Virus record (IMG/VR): IMGVR_UViG_3300025626_002025 | Direction: 5' to 3' (one strand) | Length of the DNA stretch: 64,000 nt | DNA from: a virus | Shown: one piece after another, positions 39,048 through 48,346 of the stretch | How positions within the stretch are numbered: the stretch's first letter is position 1 | Layout: each line of letters opens with the position of its first letter | Notes under the pieces: model-generated | Databases searched by the model: none | What the model was told of the DNA's origin: nothing | Seen by the model: the letters and a program-made list of their open reading frames with translations, nothing else | Program-made: the position numbers and the translations under genes

Positions 39048-39800
39048 TTATAAGTAATCAGTATCTATAAAATCATTATTCTTTTCTACACCAAACTTTT
39101 CTTTTTCTGTTCTGAAATCCCCATGTTCAAGATAATCATTTAACATTCTCTTTTGATGTATTTTCATTACATTGACAACTTTAGTAATGTAGTGAGTTTT
39201 ACAATCAGTCATTTCTCTGATTAACAGATATAAATGTTTTTTATTAAAGTTTTCAATATGCTCACTTCTTCTAAATAATTCTAATACAGCATCTGCTATT
39301 TGTAAATCTCTTTTCTTTGTAAAGATTGAGTTTAAATTACTATCCCAAAATTCTAACATCAATTGTTTAAAATCTTTGAATTCATTATTTTCTTCAACTT
39401 CATTAAAATCATTTTCAGGATTCCATGTTTCGGGCATCTGTGAAAGGAGATTGTTTTGTTTCCATCTTTTGTAGTTACCATTATTTTTTAAAATTAAATG
39501 GTTCTTTGCTATAATTGTAAAGTAAGAAAATGCTCTACCTTTACCAGGTTTGAACATATGCATTTTTTCTACCATTGTAGATACTACTTCTGTTTGGATA
39601 TCTTTTTTTGGTACATCGAAATAAGAAAACTTGAATGTATTAAGAACATTTTCTGCAAGTTTTTCGAATGGGTATTTGATTCCTTCTTCATATATCTGAG
39701 ACCTTTCTTCAAAATTATCACTTGCATTATATTTTATTATTGCTTCCTGTGCAGGTGTACCAAAATAAATTTTGGATTTTTTTCTCCTTTTTTTCGCCAT
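39048..39800 (-). CDS. Phage sigma factor for late transcription (T4 gp55-like)
   Basis: Sigma region-2-like FEKLAEN...F.Y...D...KMHMFKPGKGRAFSYFTIIAKN. Confidence 0.7.
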   Translation of the reverse strand: MAKKRRKKSKIYFGTPAQEAIIKYNASDNFEERSQIYEEGIKYPFEKLAENVLNTFKFSYFDVPKKDIQTEVVSTMVEKMHMFKPGKGRAFSYFTIIAKNHLILKNNGNYKRWKQNNLLSQMPETWNPENDFNEVEENNEFKDFKQLMLEFWDSNLNSIFTKKRDLQIADAVLELFRRSEHIENFNKKHLYLLIREMTDCKTHYITKVVNVMKIHQKRMLNDYLEHGDFRTEKEKFGVEKNNDFIDTDYL

Positions 39801-40075
39801 TATATTTCGTTGTTTAACTCTTCTATTATTTTTTTTATTTCACTAAAGCTTATACCAACCTCATCATCTTTTTCAAATGCTTGTTTAGTATCTAGTTTTC
39901 TCATTGAAGTTAATGCATTTTCTACCTTATCTCTAGTTGAATAAATGGTATTTACTACCCTATCTTCTAATTGTTCGTTTTGTTTTAATAGGTTTCGAAC
40001 TCCTATTAGTAGTACGATATTTATGACTACTGAAATTCCTATAACAATATTATAGGTAGTTAATAATTCTATCAT
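39800..40075 (-). CDS. Single-TM coiled-coil protein, possibly a lysis accessory
   Basis: N-terminal TM then coiled coil; overlaps the endolysin stop codon. Confidence 0.55.
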   Translation of the reverse strand: MIELLTTYNIVIGISVVINIVLLIGVRNLLKQNEQLEDRVVNTIYSTRDKVENALTSMRKLDTKQAFEKDDEVGISFSEIKKIIEELNNEI

Positions 40076-40680
40076 GAATTTGGTTTTAATTTAATTTCAT
40101 AACCACTAAACTTATTCATATAAGAAGTGATTTTTGTTCCATTACCATCCTTAAAAACTTTTCCATTTTTAAAGTATCGTTTTACAGAACCCTGTCCTCC
40201 AAGATGTGCAGCTGCCAATATACCACTTTCTGAGATGTACATACCATTAACAGTTTGTCCATCAAATACATCGATATACTTTTGAAGTTTTTCTTTGTTG
40301 TGTAGTAATAAAGCCATCATTGCTTCTTCTTGTAGTTGTGGGTTATTTAAGAATTCTTCTTTAGTTACTTTGAATCCTAATCCTTTTAAAGTACTTCTTC
40401 CAAATTGATACTTACCCATGTATCCCCACTTGTTTGTTATGTGATATCTATTACCACTTTCTCTGAATCCTAATGCATCTAAAAAGTTTTGTAACTCTTC
40501 TTCATGATGCAATTCTAGTAGGTATTTTTCTTCTTCAATTTTACAGAGTTCTTCTTCTCTTTCTTTTTGTAAATCAATTAATTCAGTTTGATTAGTTGAT
40601 TTATCTTTAGTTACTGCGGAGTCAATTACTCCAAACGATAGTCCTGAAAGTACTAACGTAAATATTACTTGTCTTTTCAT
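40072..40680 (-). CDS. Lysozyme-like/lytic transglycosylase with an N-terminal signal or anchor (putative endolysin)
   Basis: LGFRESGNRY (catalytic ES), GYMGKYQF and AAAHLGG. Confidence 0.75.
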   Translation of the reverse strand: MKRQVIFTLVLSGLSFGVIDSAVTKDKSTNQTELIDLQKEREEELCKIEEEKYLLELHHEEELQNFLDALGFRESGNRYHITNKWGYMGKYQFGRSTLKGLGFKVTKEEFLNNPQLQEEAMMALLLHNKEKLQKYIDVFDGQTVNGMYISESGILAAAHLGGQGSVKRYFKNGKVFKDGNGTKITSYMNKFSGYEIKLKPNS

Positions 40681-40712
40681 AAGGTCTCCCTTTAATTAAA
40701 CATATTATTCTA

Positions 40713-40744
40713 CTAATATACGAAAAAAATTCCATATATCCAAA
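40713..40744 (-). promoter_or_regulatory. Bacteroidota-type promoter (TTTG-N20-TATATTAG)
   Basis: Same motif and spacing; upstream of the lysozyme-like gene. Confidence 0.6.
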
Positions 40745-40761
40745 TAAAATGTAATAAATTT

Positions 40762-41010
40762 TTAGGCTTCTCCATGTGGTCCAAAATACATGGAGCTCAT
40801 AACTGAATCATCTTCATCATCTGAGGTTGTTATCTCAATTGAATTTATTATATCTTGAATATCATCAAGGTTATCTTCAATCTTTGTTTGTAATTCTTTT
40901 TCTGTAACTAACTCGCTTTCAATCAAAATATTTATAAGTGTTTGTATAATCACATTTTGTGTTAACAACCTATCGTTAAGTTTTTTTATTTGTAATGACG
41001 TTGAGTTCAT
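40762..41010 (-). CDS. Hypothetical protein
   Basis: 82-aa ORF in the tightly packed minus-strand array. Confidence 0.6.
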   Translation of the reverse strand: MNSTSLQIKKLNDRLLTQNVIIQTLINILIESELVTEKELQTKIEDNLDDIQDIINSIEITTSDDEDDSVMSSMYFGPHGEA

Positions 41011-41236
41011 GTAGTAGTTCTTTTATAGTATTTGGATTTTCATCTCCGTAGATTAAATCCCCAAACGCCTTTGTTATTGATTTATTACTATAACCGATTG
41101 TAGATGCAAGCCTAACACAAACTACTTTGAATTCGTGAATATCCATATCATCTGGTACATCTAATTCAATCTTGCTTACTTCTCTATTATCTTCTATGTA
41201 GTCTTTATCTGTATATGTAAATATAAGTTTTCCCAT
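40976..41236 (-). CDS. Hypothetical protein
   Basis: 86-aa ORF in the array. Confidence 0.6.
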   Translation of the reverse strand: MGKLIFTYTDKDYIEDNREVSKIELDVPDDMDIHEFKVVCVRLASTIGYSNKSITKAFGDLIYGDENPNTIKELLHELNVITNKKT

Positions 41237-41249
41237 GTTTTAGTTTAAA

Positions 41250-41867
41250 TTATAAGATTTCACAACCAACTGAAAGTAGTGGTTCTGCTTTTTTGTATTT
41301 CATAAATTCAGTAGAACCATCTGGTAATTTTACCATTACCCTTTCGTTTCTACCATATTTTTTTGGTGCAATAATTGTAGTAGTATATCTTCTTGAAGAA
41401 TCTGTTATAAGAACTCCATTAAGGTGGTCTATCTCATGTTGAGCACAAACACACTCTAATAATCCTTCATCTGAAAAGAATTCATTAGAATCTTTCCATT
41501 CAGAATCTACCTTATCTGGTCCAAATTCTACTACACCTAAATTATCACATTCTAGTTTAAATGATTTATGTCTTATTGTTTTAACTGGTTTTCTCATGGT
41601 TTTATCTAATGATAAACATTGCTCTACATACGCAACAGTTTCCTTAGATACATCAATAACTCGTGGATTAATTAATACCAATGGTTCTTTAACATTAATT
41701 ACACACGCACGAATATCCAAACCAATTTGATTTGCAGATAGTCCAATACCACCATGTTTAGTAAGTTCTGTTAATAAAGTTGTTGATATTGAATCAATTT
41801 CTTTTTTACTCATTGGTTTTGCAATCAATGGAGTTTTTAATTGACTTTCTTTTTTAATTAATTTCAT
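41250..41867 (-). CDS. def: Peptide deformylase
   Basis: GIGLSANQIG, EQCLS (EGCLS variant) and QHEIDHLNG. Confidence 0.9.
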   Translation of the reverse strand: MKLIKKESQLKTPLIAKPMSKKEIDSISTTLLTELTKHGGIGLSANQIGLDIRACVINVKEPLVLINPRVIDVSKETVAYVEQCLSLDKTMRKPVKTIRHKSFKLECDNLGVVEFGPDKVDSEWKDSNEFFSDEGLLECVCAQHEIDHLNGVLITDSSRRYTTTIIAPKKYGRNERVMVKLPDGSTEFMKYKKAEPLLSVGCEIL

Positions 41868-42081
41868 CGAATAAATTTAATTGTTTTGTTACTAATTTTC
41901 TTTTCGTTACATCTCCACCAAAAGGTCTTTCATATATTGTTTCTCCCTTATCAGGTGATTCATATATTTTTATATCCTTATGTTGGTTGAGATATTCTTT
42001 TTCTTTTCTGTATATATCTCGTACAGCCTTTCCCAACTCCATATCGTTTGGGTAATCTTTTACTAATTGTTCTATATTCAT
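41854..42081 (-). CDS. Hypothetical protein
   Basis: Likely start MNIEQL; contains IYESPDKGETIYER. Confidence 0.55.
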   Translation of the reverse strand: MNIEQLVKDYPNDMELGKAVRDIYRKEKEYLNQHKDIKIYESPDKGETIYERPFGGDVTKRKLVTKQLNLFDEIN

Positions 42082-42554
42082 TATTCTGCTATGTTTAAAT
42101 ATTTTTCTAATAACCAAGATGAAGATTGTACTTTATCTCCTAATCCCCATACTGAAGCTATTCCATATGAATTACATACATCATTCTCTGGTGTAGTTGT
42201 TTCTGTTCTATCTCCTCCATTACCAAATGCCATATTACCTTTCAACTCACCTCTTCCTTCTTTTATCCACTTTAATCTAGCTTCATCTATAAAGTCAATT
42301 GCAGTATTATCTCCACTTGATTTTGGATTCATTATATAAACCCAATCAACTGCTTTTAGATTACTCATAATAAAAGCTCTTTCTTGTTCTTTCATAAATG
42401 ATTTACCTTTTTTTCTTCGTAACCAACTATCGTTGTTTAATCCAATCCAAACTTCATCTGCCAATTCTTTAGCTATATTAATACACTCAATGTGTCCTTT
42501 ATGAACAGGGTCAAATCCTCCACTCAATAGTATTACTTTATATTTTTTAGTCAT
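42081..42554 (-). CDS. Cytidylyltransferase-like nucleotidyltransferase (HxGH family)
   Basis: SGGFDPVHKGH, LNNDSWL.RKKG, FGNGGDR and KVQSSS. Confidence 0.85.
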   Translation of the reverse strand: MTKKYKVILLSGGFDPVHKGHIECINIAKELADEVWIGLNNDSWLRRKKGKSFMKEQERAFIMSNLKAVDWVYIMNPKSSGDNTAIDFIDEARLKWIKEGRGELKGNMAFGNGGDRTETTTPENDVCNSYGIASVWGLGDKVQSSSWLLEKYLNIAE

Positions 42555-42572
42555 CTTAAGCTATTTGTTATA

Positions 42573-42604
42573 CAAATATACGAAAAAATTTTCATATATC
42601 CTAA
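42573..42604 (-). promoter_or_regulatory. Bacteroidota-type promoter (TTAG-N20-TATATTTG)
   Basis: Same motif and spacing; upstream of the cytidylyltransferase. Confidence 0.65.
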
Positions 42605-42605
42605 T

Positions 42606-43571
42606 TTATTTCCAATTAAATCCTGCACCCATGTGTCCAAACCCAGCAGTTCTACCGAATATTGGATTTCTAAGTTCTAGGAAATCAATAATTCCATTTG
42701 GAGATAAATCATATCCTTTAATAAATTCGTGTTTTCCATCAACAATTGCTGTTGCTTGAAGTGGTTGATTATATCCAATTGCATATGCAAGTTGTACCAT
42801 CACTTCCTGTACCTCTGGTCTTTCTTCTAAGATATCTACTGCGATTCTTCTTCCCATATATGCCGCACTTCTATCTACCTTCGTAGCATCCTTCCCACTA
42901 AACGCTCCTCCACCAATTGGAACTCTCGGTCCGTAATTATCTACTGCTAACTTTCTACCAGTTAACCCAGCATCAGCAGTAAACCCACCAATGTTCCAAT
43001 CACCTGCAGGATTACAATGTAATGCTTCAATGTGATATTGTGGATACCTACTAAAGAATCCTCCCACTAAACCTTCTAACATTTCGGTTGGTGCATTTTG
43101 GAATGAACAAACAACTCTAAGTGAGTTACCATTCATAGTAACTTGAGTTTTACCATCATATGGATATTTATCAAATACAAATTTATTTAATTCTCTTGAT
43201 AGATAATATTCTTGTGGTAAGAATTCTTCATTATCTCTACAAGCATAACCAATCATAATTCCTTGGTCACCTGCTCCACCAGTATCTACTCCATTTGCAA
43301 TCTCTGGTGATTGTGAGTTGATGTTAATGATAACTTCAATCTTATCATCGGTAGTTATATTATGTACTGCTCTTACGATATCTTCTCGTGTTACTACTGC
43401 ATTTGAAGTAACTTCTCCTGTAATAAACACCATACCAATTCCTCCACAAGTTTCAATTGCTACTCGTGAGTTTGGGTCTTGTTGTAAATGTAAATCTAAT
43501 AATCTATCTGATATTCTATCACACATTTTATCTGGGTGCATCGGTGATACACATTCTGCGGTTCTTATCAT
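42606..43571 (-). CDS. metK: S-adenosylmethionine synthetase
   Basis: ECVSPMHPDKMCD, GAGDQG, DGKTQV, DAGLTGRK and GGGAFSGKDATKVDRSA. Confidence 0.95.
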   Translation of the reverse strand: MIRTAECVSPMHPDKMCDRISDRLLDLHLQQDPNSRVAIETCGGIGMVFITGEVTSNAVVTREDIVRAVHNITTDDKIEVIININSQSPEIANGVDTGGAGDQGIMIGYACRDNEEFLPQEYYLSRELNKFVFDKYPYDGKTQVTMNGNSLRVVCSFQNAPTEMLEGLVGGFFSRYPQYHIEALHCNPAGDWNIGGFTADAGLTGRKLAVDNYGPRVPIGGGAFSGKDATKVDRSAAYMGRRIAVDILEERPEVQEVMVQLAYAIGYNQPLQATAIVDGKHEFIKGYDLSPNGIIDFLELRNPIFGRTAGFGHMGAGFNWK

Positions 43572-43678
43572 TCTTCTAATTTTTGTTGTAACTTTTGGAT
43601 TTGTAATTTTATCTTTTGTGTTTGAGGTTTTATTAACTTCAATCTTCGTACTTCTGCGGTAATTTCTTTTTTATCCAT
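43568..43678 (-). CDS. Small hypothetical protein, 36 aa
   Basis: Hand translation MDKKEITAEVRRLKL...; ATGA overlap with the metK start. Confidence 0.45.
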   Translation of the reverse strand: MDKKEITAEVRRLKLIKPQTQKIKLQIQKLQQKLEE

Positions 43679-43841
43679 TTTTGATTTGGTTTTTTAAATC
43701 TTTATATTTCTTATTCCACTTTGAAATTTCTTCTTTATAACCTTCCTTAATTAAATCTTGTTTTTCAAGTTTTAATTTAAGTTCTTGATTTTCTTTTTCG
43801 AGTTGTTCAATCTTAATCTCGTATAATCTTTTATGTTCCAT
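43671..43841 (-). CDS. Small coiled-coil protein, 56 aa
   Basis: Hand translation MEHKRLYEIKIEQLEKE...; fills the gap between ORFs. Confidence 0.55.
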   Translation of the reverse strand: MEHKRLYEIKIEQLEKENQELKLKLEKQDLIKEGYKEEISKWNKKYKDLKNQIKNG

Positions 43842-43844
43842 ATT

Positions 43845-44342
43845 TTAATTAGGTGATTTTATTCCTATTATTTCTTTGTATTTCTTTTTATAACCATCGT
43901 AATGATTTAAAATTTCAGATTCGTATTTGCCATCGTACAATTCTCCTTTTCCTGGCATTATCATATCAGTTTTGATTCCAAAGGATTTATTTAATTGTTT
44001 TAATTTAGATTCAAATTTAACTGCTCCCAATGCTTGAAATTTATCTTCTCTTAATATCTCTATGATTTGGAATGATTCTGCACCTTCGTATCTATTTTCT
44101 GCAAATCTATCTTTGATTGAATTTTTGGTATATCCGATTTTGATTCCTTTGTTGGTTCTTACCACATATACAATATGTGTTCCAAAACAACTATCGATTC
44201 GGTTTACTATATAAGGTATTAATTTAGGATACTGAGTTAATAAGATAGGTAACCATTCGGCCAATCTTCCCCAATCCTTAGTTCGTTTTAATTCCTCATA
44301 TAATTTATAATCAGTAAGAGTTTCACTTTCCCAAAATTTCAT
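43845..44342 (-). CDS. T5orf172/GIY-YIG-like nuclease domain protein
   Basis: VYVV...IKIGYT....RF...E..L...GE pattern. Confidence 0.55.
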   Translation of the reverse strand: MKFWESETLTDYKLYEELKRTKDWGRLAEWLPILLTQYPKLIPYIVNRIDSCFGTHIVYVVRTNKGIKIGYTKNSIKDRFAENRYEGAESFQIIEILREDKFQALGAVKFESKLKQLNKSFGIKTDMIMPGKGELYDGKYESEILNHYDGYKKKYKEIIGIKSPN

Positions 44343-44345
44343 ATG

Positions 44346-45368
44346 CTAATTACTTAAAGGTGCTTTAATTGTTGGGTGATATTTGTATCCTTCTATTTCA
44401 TAATCCCATTCTCCACTTAAAATATCTACGTTAGATAATTTTATTGTTGGTAATGTAAAAGAACTTCTTAATCTTTGTTCTTCTGCTTGTTCAATATGAT
44501 TTTTATATAAATGAGTATCACCTAAGTTCCCAATCAGTTCACCAGCAATCATATCACATTCATCAGCAATTAATTGTAGTAACGTACCATATGATGCGAT
44601 GTTAAATGGTAACCCTAAGAATGTATCTACTGAACGTTGATTCCACATTAAAGATATAGACCTCTTCGGTGTTGTCGTATAATAATCATCATCAAAATTA
44701 GGTATATTCGACTCATTATATTCCATACCTGTCTCATAATTATTTTTAAACCAATACTCATACCTCTCCCTATCACTTAACTCTCTCGTATAAACTTGGA
44801 ATCCATAATGACAAGGAGGAAGAACTACATCACCTAACTCACCTACGTTCCAAGCTGATACTATTAATCTTCTACTATTGGGGTTTGTTTTGAGTTCGTT
44901 GATTAGATTTTGGATTTGGTCTATTGTTCTAGTATGATAAACCCCATCCATTGTTTTGTGAGGTACGTTTACATTCCATTCTCTCCATTGTTTACCATAA
45001 ATTGGTCCAAGTTCTCCATAGTTTCTTGCAAACTCCCAACCTGATTTTATTTTTTGTATAAACTCTTTTTGAGTAAGTTCATCTTTATGTGGATATGCTT
45101 TATATGCATCACCATCCCAAATATGACAATTATTATCAACTAAATATTTGATGTTAGTATCTCCTTTTAGAAACCACTTCAATTCAGTCATCATAGTTTT
45201 AACTGCCATCTTCTTTGTGGTTAGTAAAGGAAACCCTTCACTCATATCATGTCTGATTTGTTTACCAAATACAGATATAGTACCTGTACCAGTTCTATCA
45301 CCCTTTTCCTTTCCTTCTAACAAGATATCTTGCAATATCTTTTGGTATCGTAAATCTAAACTATTCAT
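44346..45368 (-). CDS. thyA: Thymidylate synthase
   Basis: DRTGTGT, FPLLTTKK, ELKWF, GPIYGKQWR, LPPCH and QRSVDTFLGLPFNIASY. Confidence 0.96.
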   Translation of the reverse strand: MNSLDLRYQKILQDILLEGKEKGDRTGTGTISVFGKQIRHDMSEGFPLLTTKKMAVKTMMTELKWFLKGDTNIKYLVDNNCHIWDGDAYKAYPHKDELTQKEFIQKIKSGWEFARNYGELGPIYGKQWREWNVNVPHKTMDGVYHTRTIDQIQNLINELKTNPNSRRLIVSAWNVGELGDVVLPPCHYGFQVYTRELSDRERYEYWFKNNYETGMEYNESNIPNFDDDYYTTTPKRSISLMWNQRSVDTFLGLPFNIASYGTLLQLIADECDMIAGELIGNLGDTHLYKNHIEQAEEQRLRSSFTLPTIKLSNVDILSGEWDYEIEGYKYHPTIKAPLSN

Positions 45369-45369
45369 A

Positions 45370-46749
45370 TTATAAATTATGTAATCTTTCTATTTCTTCT
45401 TTTATTTTTATATTCCAAGGTCCCCATGTGATATTATCTATCATCCATTTTCTATAATAAGGAGGAATTGATGCAACAGGTTTACCTTTATACTTTCCAA
45501 AGGTCATATAAATCTTTTCTATATCACCATCTTCGTTTTTCTTTTCTGCAAGATTGATACCACCTTCTAAGTGAATTCCTATTTCGTGCATTGGAATACC
45601 TGTAAGTTGCTTTTTACCTTCTCCAAACAATTCCCATTCTTCACCACCAGTATCTTTATAATATAGTTCTTCTACTTTACCAAACTTTTCTACTGAACCT
45701 ACAAAATCTACAACCAAACAATCTTTCTTATCATCGTGAATACGAGTTCCTCTTCCAACAAACTGATACCACCAAGATATAGATGCGGTTGGTCTACCGG
45801 TAATCAAACAATCTAATTCAGGATAATCAAACCCAACTGTTAGTACATTAACTTGTACAATAACTCGTATCTGTTGATTTCTAAATTCTTCTATGATTCT
45901 TTTTCTATCAGCTTTTGGAGTTCCTCCATGAACTACTGCTGCTTGTGGTATTCTTTTTGCAAGATTAGTAGCTTGTTCTATCGTTGGTACTGCAACTAAT
46001 ATAGATTTTCTATCTTGTACTTCTGCAATCTTCTTTACAATCTTATCACCAATGTTTTGATTCTCATAAGAACGAGCAATAGAATCACTTGTATATTCTG
46101 CACCACTTGAATTATAAACAAGTGCACCTGTATCGAAATCATATGATTGATATTCTAGTGGACTCCAATACTTTAATTTAACAATATCTTGAATCTGAGA
46201 AACATGAAGTATGTACTTAAAGAATACACCATGTTTAGAACGATTCGTTAACATTACTAATTTTGAATATGGACCAGTATCTCCAAGATTAGTTTGTAAT
46301 TTCAAGGGGGTTGCAGTAAGACCAAGGACATGAGTTGCTTTCATACCATCTACAAATCTTCTTAATTGTCCTGATTTGTTTCGTGGGTATCTGTCACACT
46401 CATCTATGATAATCTTACTCACCCCCATTTGTTTGAACTCGTGTGCAATATTGATTATCGAACCAATTGTTGCGTAAGTTACACGACCCATTTCTTTACT
46501 ACCAGCTGATGCTGAATAGATTGATGCAGTTCCACCAAGAGTAACAAACTTATTATAGTTTTGTTCTAATAACTCCTTTGATGGTTGTAGAACCAAAATC
46601 TTTTCACCAAGTTCTTTGGCAATTGCAGCAATAACAATCGATTTACCGAAAGCAGTTGGTGCTACGATAATCGATGGTTTCATTTTTGGAGTTCGTAAAA
46701 ACTCAACTCCAATTGCTACTGGTTCTATTTGATTTTCTCTTAATTTCAA
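45370..46749 (-). CDS. SF2 DNA helicase (UvsW/RadD-like) with a C-terminal FGKYKG domain
   Basis: LRENQ, APTAFGKS, IIDECD, GLTATP, GFDYP, QFVGRGTR and MTFGKYKG...YRKW. Confidence 0.9.
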   Translation of the reverse strand: MKLRENQIEPVAIGVEFLRTPKMKPSIIVAPTAFGKSIVIAAIAKELGEKILVLQPSKELLEQNYNKFVTLGGTASIYSASAGSKEMGRVTYATIGSIINIAHEFKQMGVSKIIIDECDRYPRNKSGQLRRFVDGMKATHVLGLTATPLKLQTNLGDTGPYSKLVMLTNRSKHGVFFKYILHVSQIQDIVKLKYWSPLEYQSYDFDTGALVYNSSGAEYTSDSIARSYENQNIGDKIVKKIAEVQDRKSILVAVPTIEQATNLAKRIPQAAVVHGGTPKADRKRIIEEFRNQQIRVIVQVNVLTVGFDYPELDCLITGRPTASISWWYQFVGRGTRIHDDKKDCLVVDFVGSVEKFGKVEELYYKDTGGEEWELFGEGKKQLTGIPMHEIGIHLEGGINLAEKKNEDGDIEKIYMTFGKYKGKPVASIPPYYRKWMIDNITWGPWNIKIKEEIERLHNL

Positions 46750-47330
46750 AGTCCTAAATCCTTTCTTATATCTTCTTTTACTACTCGTAAGTATTTTGCT
46801 CTTTTTTCCTTATCTACAAATGGAACTGACCAGAATTGTTTTGTTTTTCTCCATCTATTAATGTTCCAACCAAATACAAATGTGTACACACCCATTACCA
46901 ATCTTAACTTAACTGAATTTAGATATAATGTAACAACAGGTAACATAGGTGCTCCATGTGTAATATATGTTCTAACCTTTTTATCTTTCAAAAATGGTTT
47001 TGGATAAGCGTACTTACCAAATAAAGGTACAAACTTATATGCAAATCCTGGTGTAAATACTTCATCGAAAAATGTTTCCATCTTAGGTGTCATTCTAAAC
47101 CACCATACTGGTGATACAAAGTAAATATGAGTTGACCATGTAACCAATCGTTTATATTCAGTTATCAAGTCTTCTCGGTTTCTATGTAGTTTATCATCAT
47201 ATACATCAATAACCTCAAAGGTTTCTTTGTATCTCTTCAGTTGTCTTATAATGGTTTTAAATATACCATTGTAACAAAATGATTTATGGTCAGGATGACC
47301 GATTACTACTAAATGTTTTTTTGTGCTCAC
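46746..47330 (-). CDS. NAD(P)H:quinone oxidoreductase-like flavodoxin-fold protein (Flavodoxin_2)
   Basis: GHPDHKSF and PVWWFRMTPKMETFFDEVF.PGFAY. Confidence 0.8.
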   Translation of the reverse strand: MSTKKHLVVIGHPDHKSFCYNGIFKTIIRQLKRYKETFEVIDVYDDKLHRNREDLITEYKRLVTWSTHIYFVSPVWWFRMTPKMETFFDEVFTPGFAYKFVPLFGKYAYPKPFLKDKKVRTYITHGAPMLPVVTLYLNSVKLRLVMGVYTFVFGWNINRWRKTKQFWSVPFVDKEKRAKYLRVVKEDIRKDLGL

Positions 47331-47545
47331 TTTAATTTATATTTCTTTTTATATCTTTCTTTAAAACTTATTCCAACTCCTATATCGAGTATTTCGTTTT
47401 CTTTTGGTATTAATGGTTTTAATTTTCGTGTACTTATAATATCATCTACTCGTGTATTTTCAAATACTTCTAGTATTATCTTTGAGTTCTTACGAGGTCC
47501 TTTATGAACTACAACTACTTCTTGTATTTTATTTTGGTTAGCCAT
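47327..47545 (-). CDS. Hypothetical protein
   Basis: 72-aa ORF overlapping its neighbours. Confidence 0.55.
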   Translation of the reverse strand: MANQNKIQEVVVVHKGPRKNSKIILEVFENTRVDDIISTRKLKPLIPKENEILDIGVGISFKERYKKKYKLK

Positions 47546-47693
47546 TGGTTATTATACCATATATAATTATTCCTATTATCATAGTACCTAACCCTAAACA
47601 ACCATATGTCATTACTTTCATATTGTTGGAATATTGTTTATCACTTCTTCCTTGTCTACTTCTATATTGTCTTACTTTCTTTTCTTCTTTCAT
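47538..47693 (-). CDS. Small membrane protein (start MKEEKK)
   Basis: Basic N-terminus and a C-terminal TM; the track's upstream extension overlaps another ORF. Confidence 0.5.
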   Translation of the reverse strand: MKEEKKVRQYRSRQGRSDKQYSNNMKVMTYGCLGLGTMIIGIIIYGIITNG

Positions 47694-47697
47694 AATT

Positions 47698-47862
47698 TTA
47701 AATTTTATTATCGTGATGTCTTTCTTTAATCTTTTTATATTTCTTTTTAAGATTCTTAGCATCTGCATATTTTCGTTTTTCTACTGTATCAATAACTTCT
47801 TTTGTTTTGATTCTTTTTTCTCTTGCTGATTCTGATTTTTGTAATCGTTTTCCTCTATCCAT
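47698..47862 (-). CDS. Small basic protein, 54 aa
   Basis: Hand translation MDRGKRLQKSESAREKR... Confidence 0.5.
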   Translation of the reverse strand: MDRGKRLQKSESAREKRIKTKEVIDTVEKRKYADAKNLKKKYKKIKERHHDNKI

Positions 47863-47864
47863 TA

Positions 47865-48041
47865 TTAAATAAATTTATTAACATTAATTGTATTAGTAAT
47901 ATTTTTTAATTTCTCTTTCATGTAATATTTTGCATACTCTTCCATTAAAGTATCTAACATTGTGTAATGAGAAAATGCATCCGATTCTATCGGTTGATTT
48001 CCCCACTCATTTTTATCTAACCATTCTTTGGGTTCTAACAT
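47865..48041 (-). CDS. Small hypothetical protein, 58 aa
   Basis: Hand translation MLEPKEWLDKNEWG... Confidence 0.5.
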   Translation of the reverse strand: MLEPKEWLDKNEWGNQPIESDAFSHYTMLDTLMEEYAKYYMKEKLKNITNTINVNKFI

Positions 48042-48346
48042 AGTTCACATTCAGGCATAAACCACCATAGTAATAATATAATAATTATAGCAACTATTGT
48101 TACTATTACTTGAATTGGTTTGTTTTGTTTCTCTTTCCAACTTCTCATTTTCAATCCCCAATAAACTCCGATTCCAGCCGCCCAATCCATAGCTCTACCT
48201 ATCCAATCGAATGGTGGTATTTTTAAAAGGGTTATCAATCCTATAAGAAAACCTGTAAAGTATTCTTCTCCTATAATCAATCCAATAGATGCTACTAAAA
48301 AGTACCACCCAATATATCTTTGTAAGTGTTGTTTTATTTTATTCAT
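48035..48346 (-). CDS. Membrane protein
   Basis: Several hydrophobic segments and a C-terminal CELC. Confidence 0.6.
   Translation of the reverse strand: MNKIKQHLQRYIGWYFLVASIGLIIGEEYFTGFLIGLITLLKIPPFDWIGRAMDWAAGIGVYWGLKMRSWKEKQNKPIQVIVTIVAIIIILLLWWFMPECELC

Noticed and set aside
44660-44790. Insertion in thyA as an intron or intein
   Set aside because: It is a short (~40 aa) in-frame loop with no splicing motifs.
47694-47768. N-terminal extension of the 76-aa ORF 47538..47768
   Set aside because: It overlaps a better-packed 54-aa ORF (47698..47862); the real start is probably 47693.
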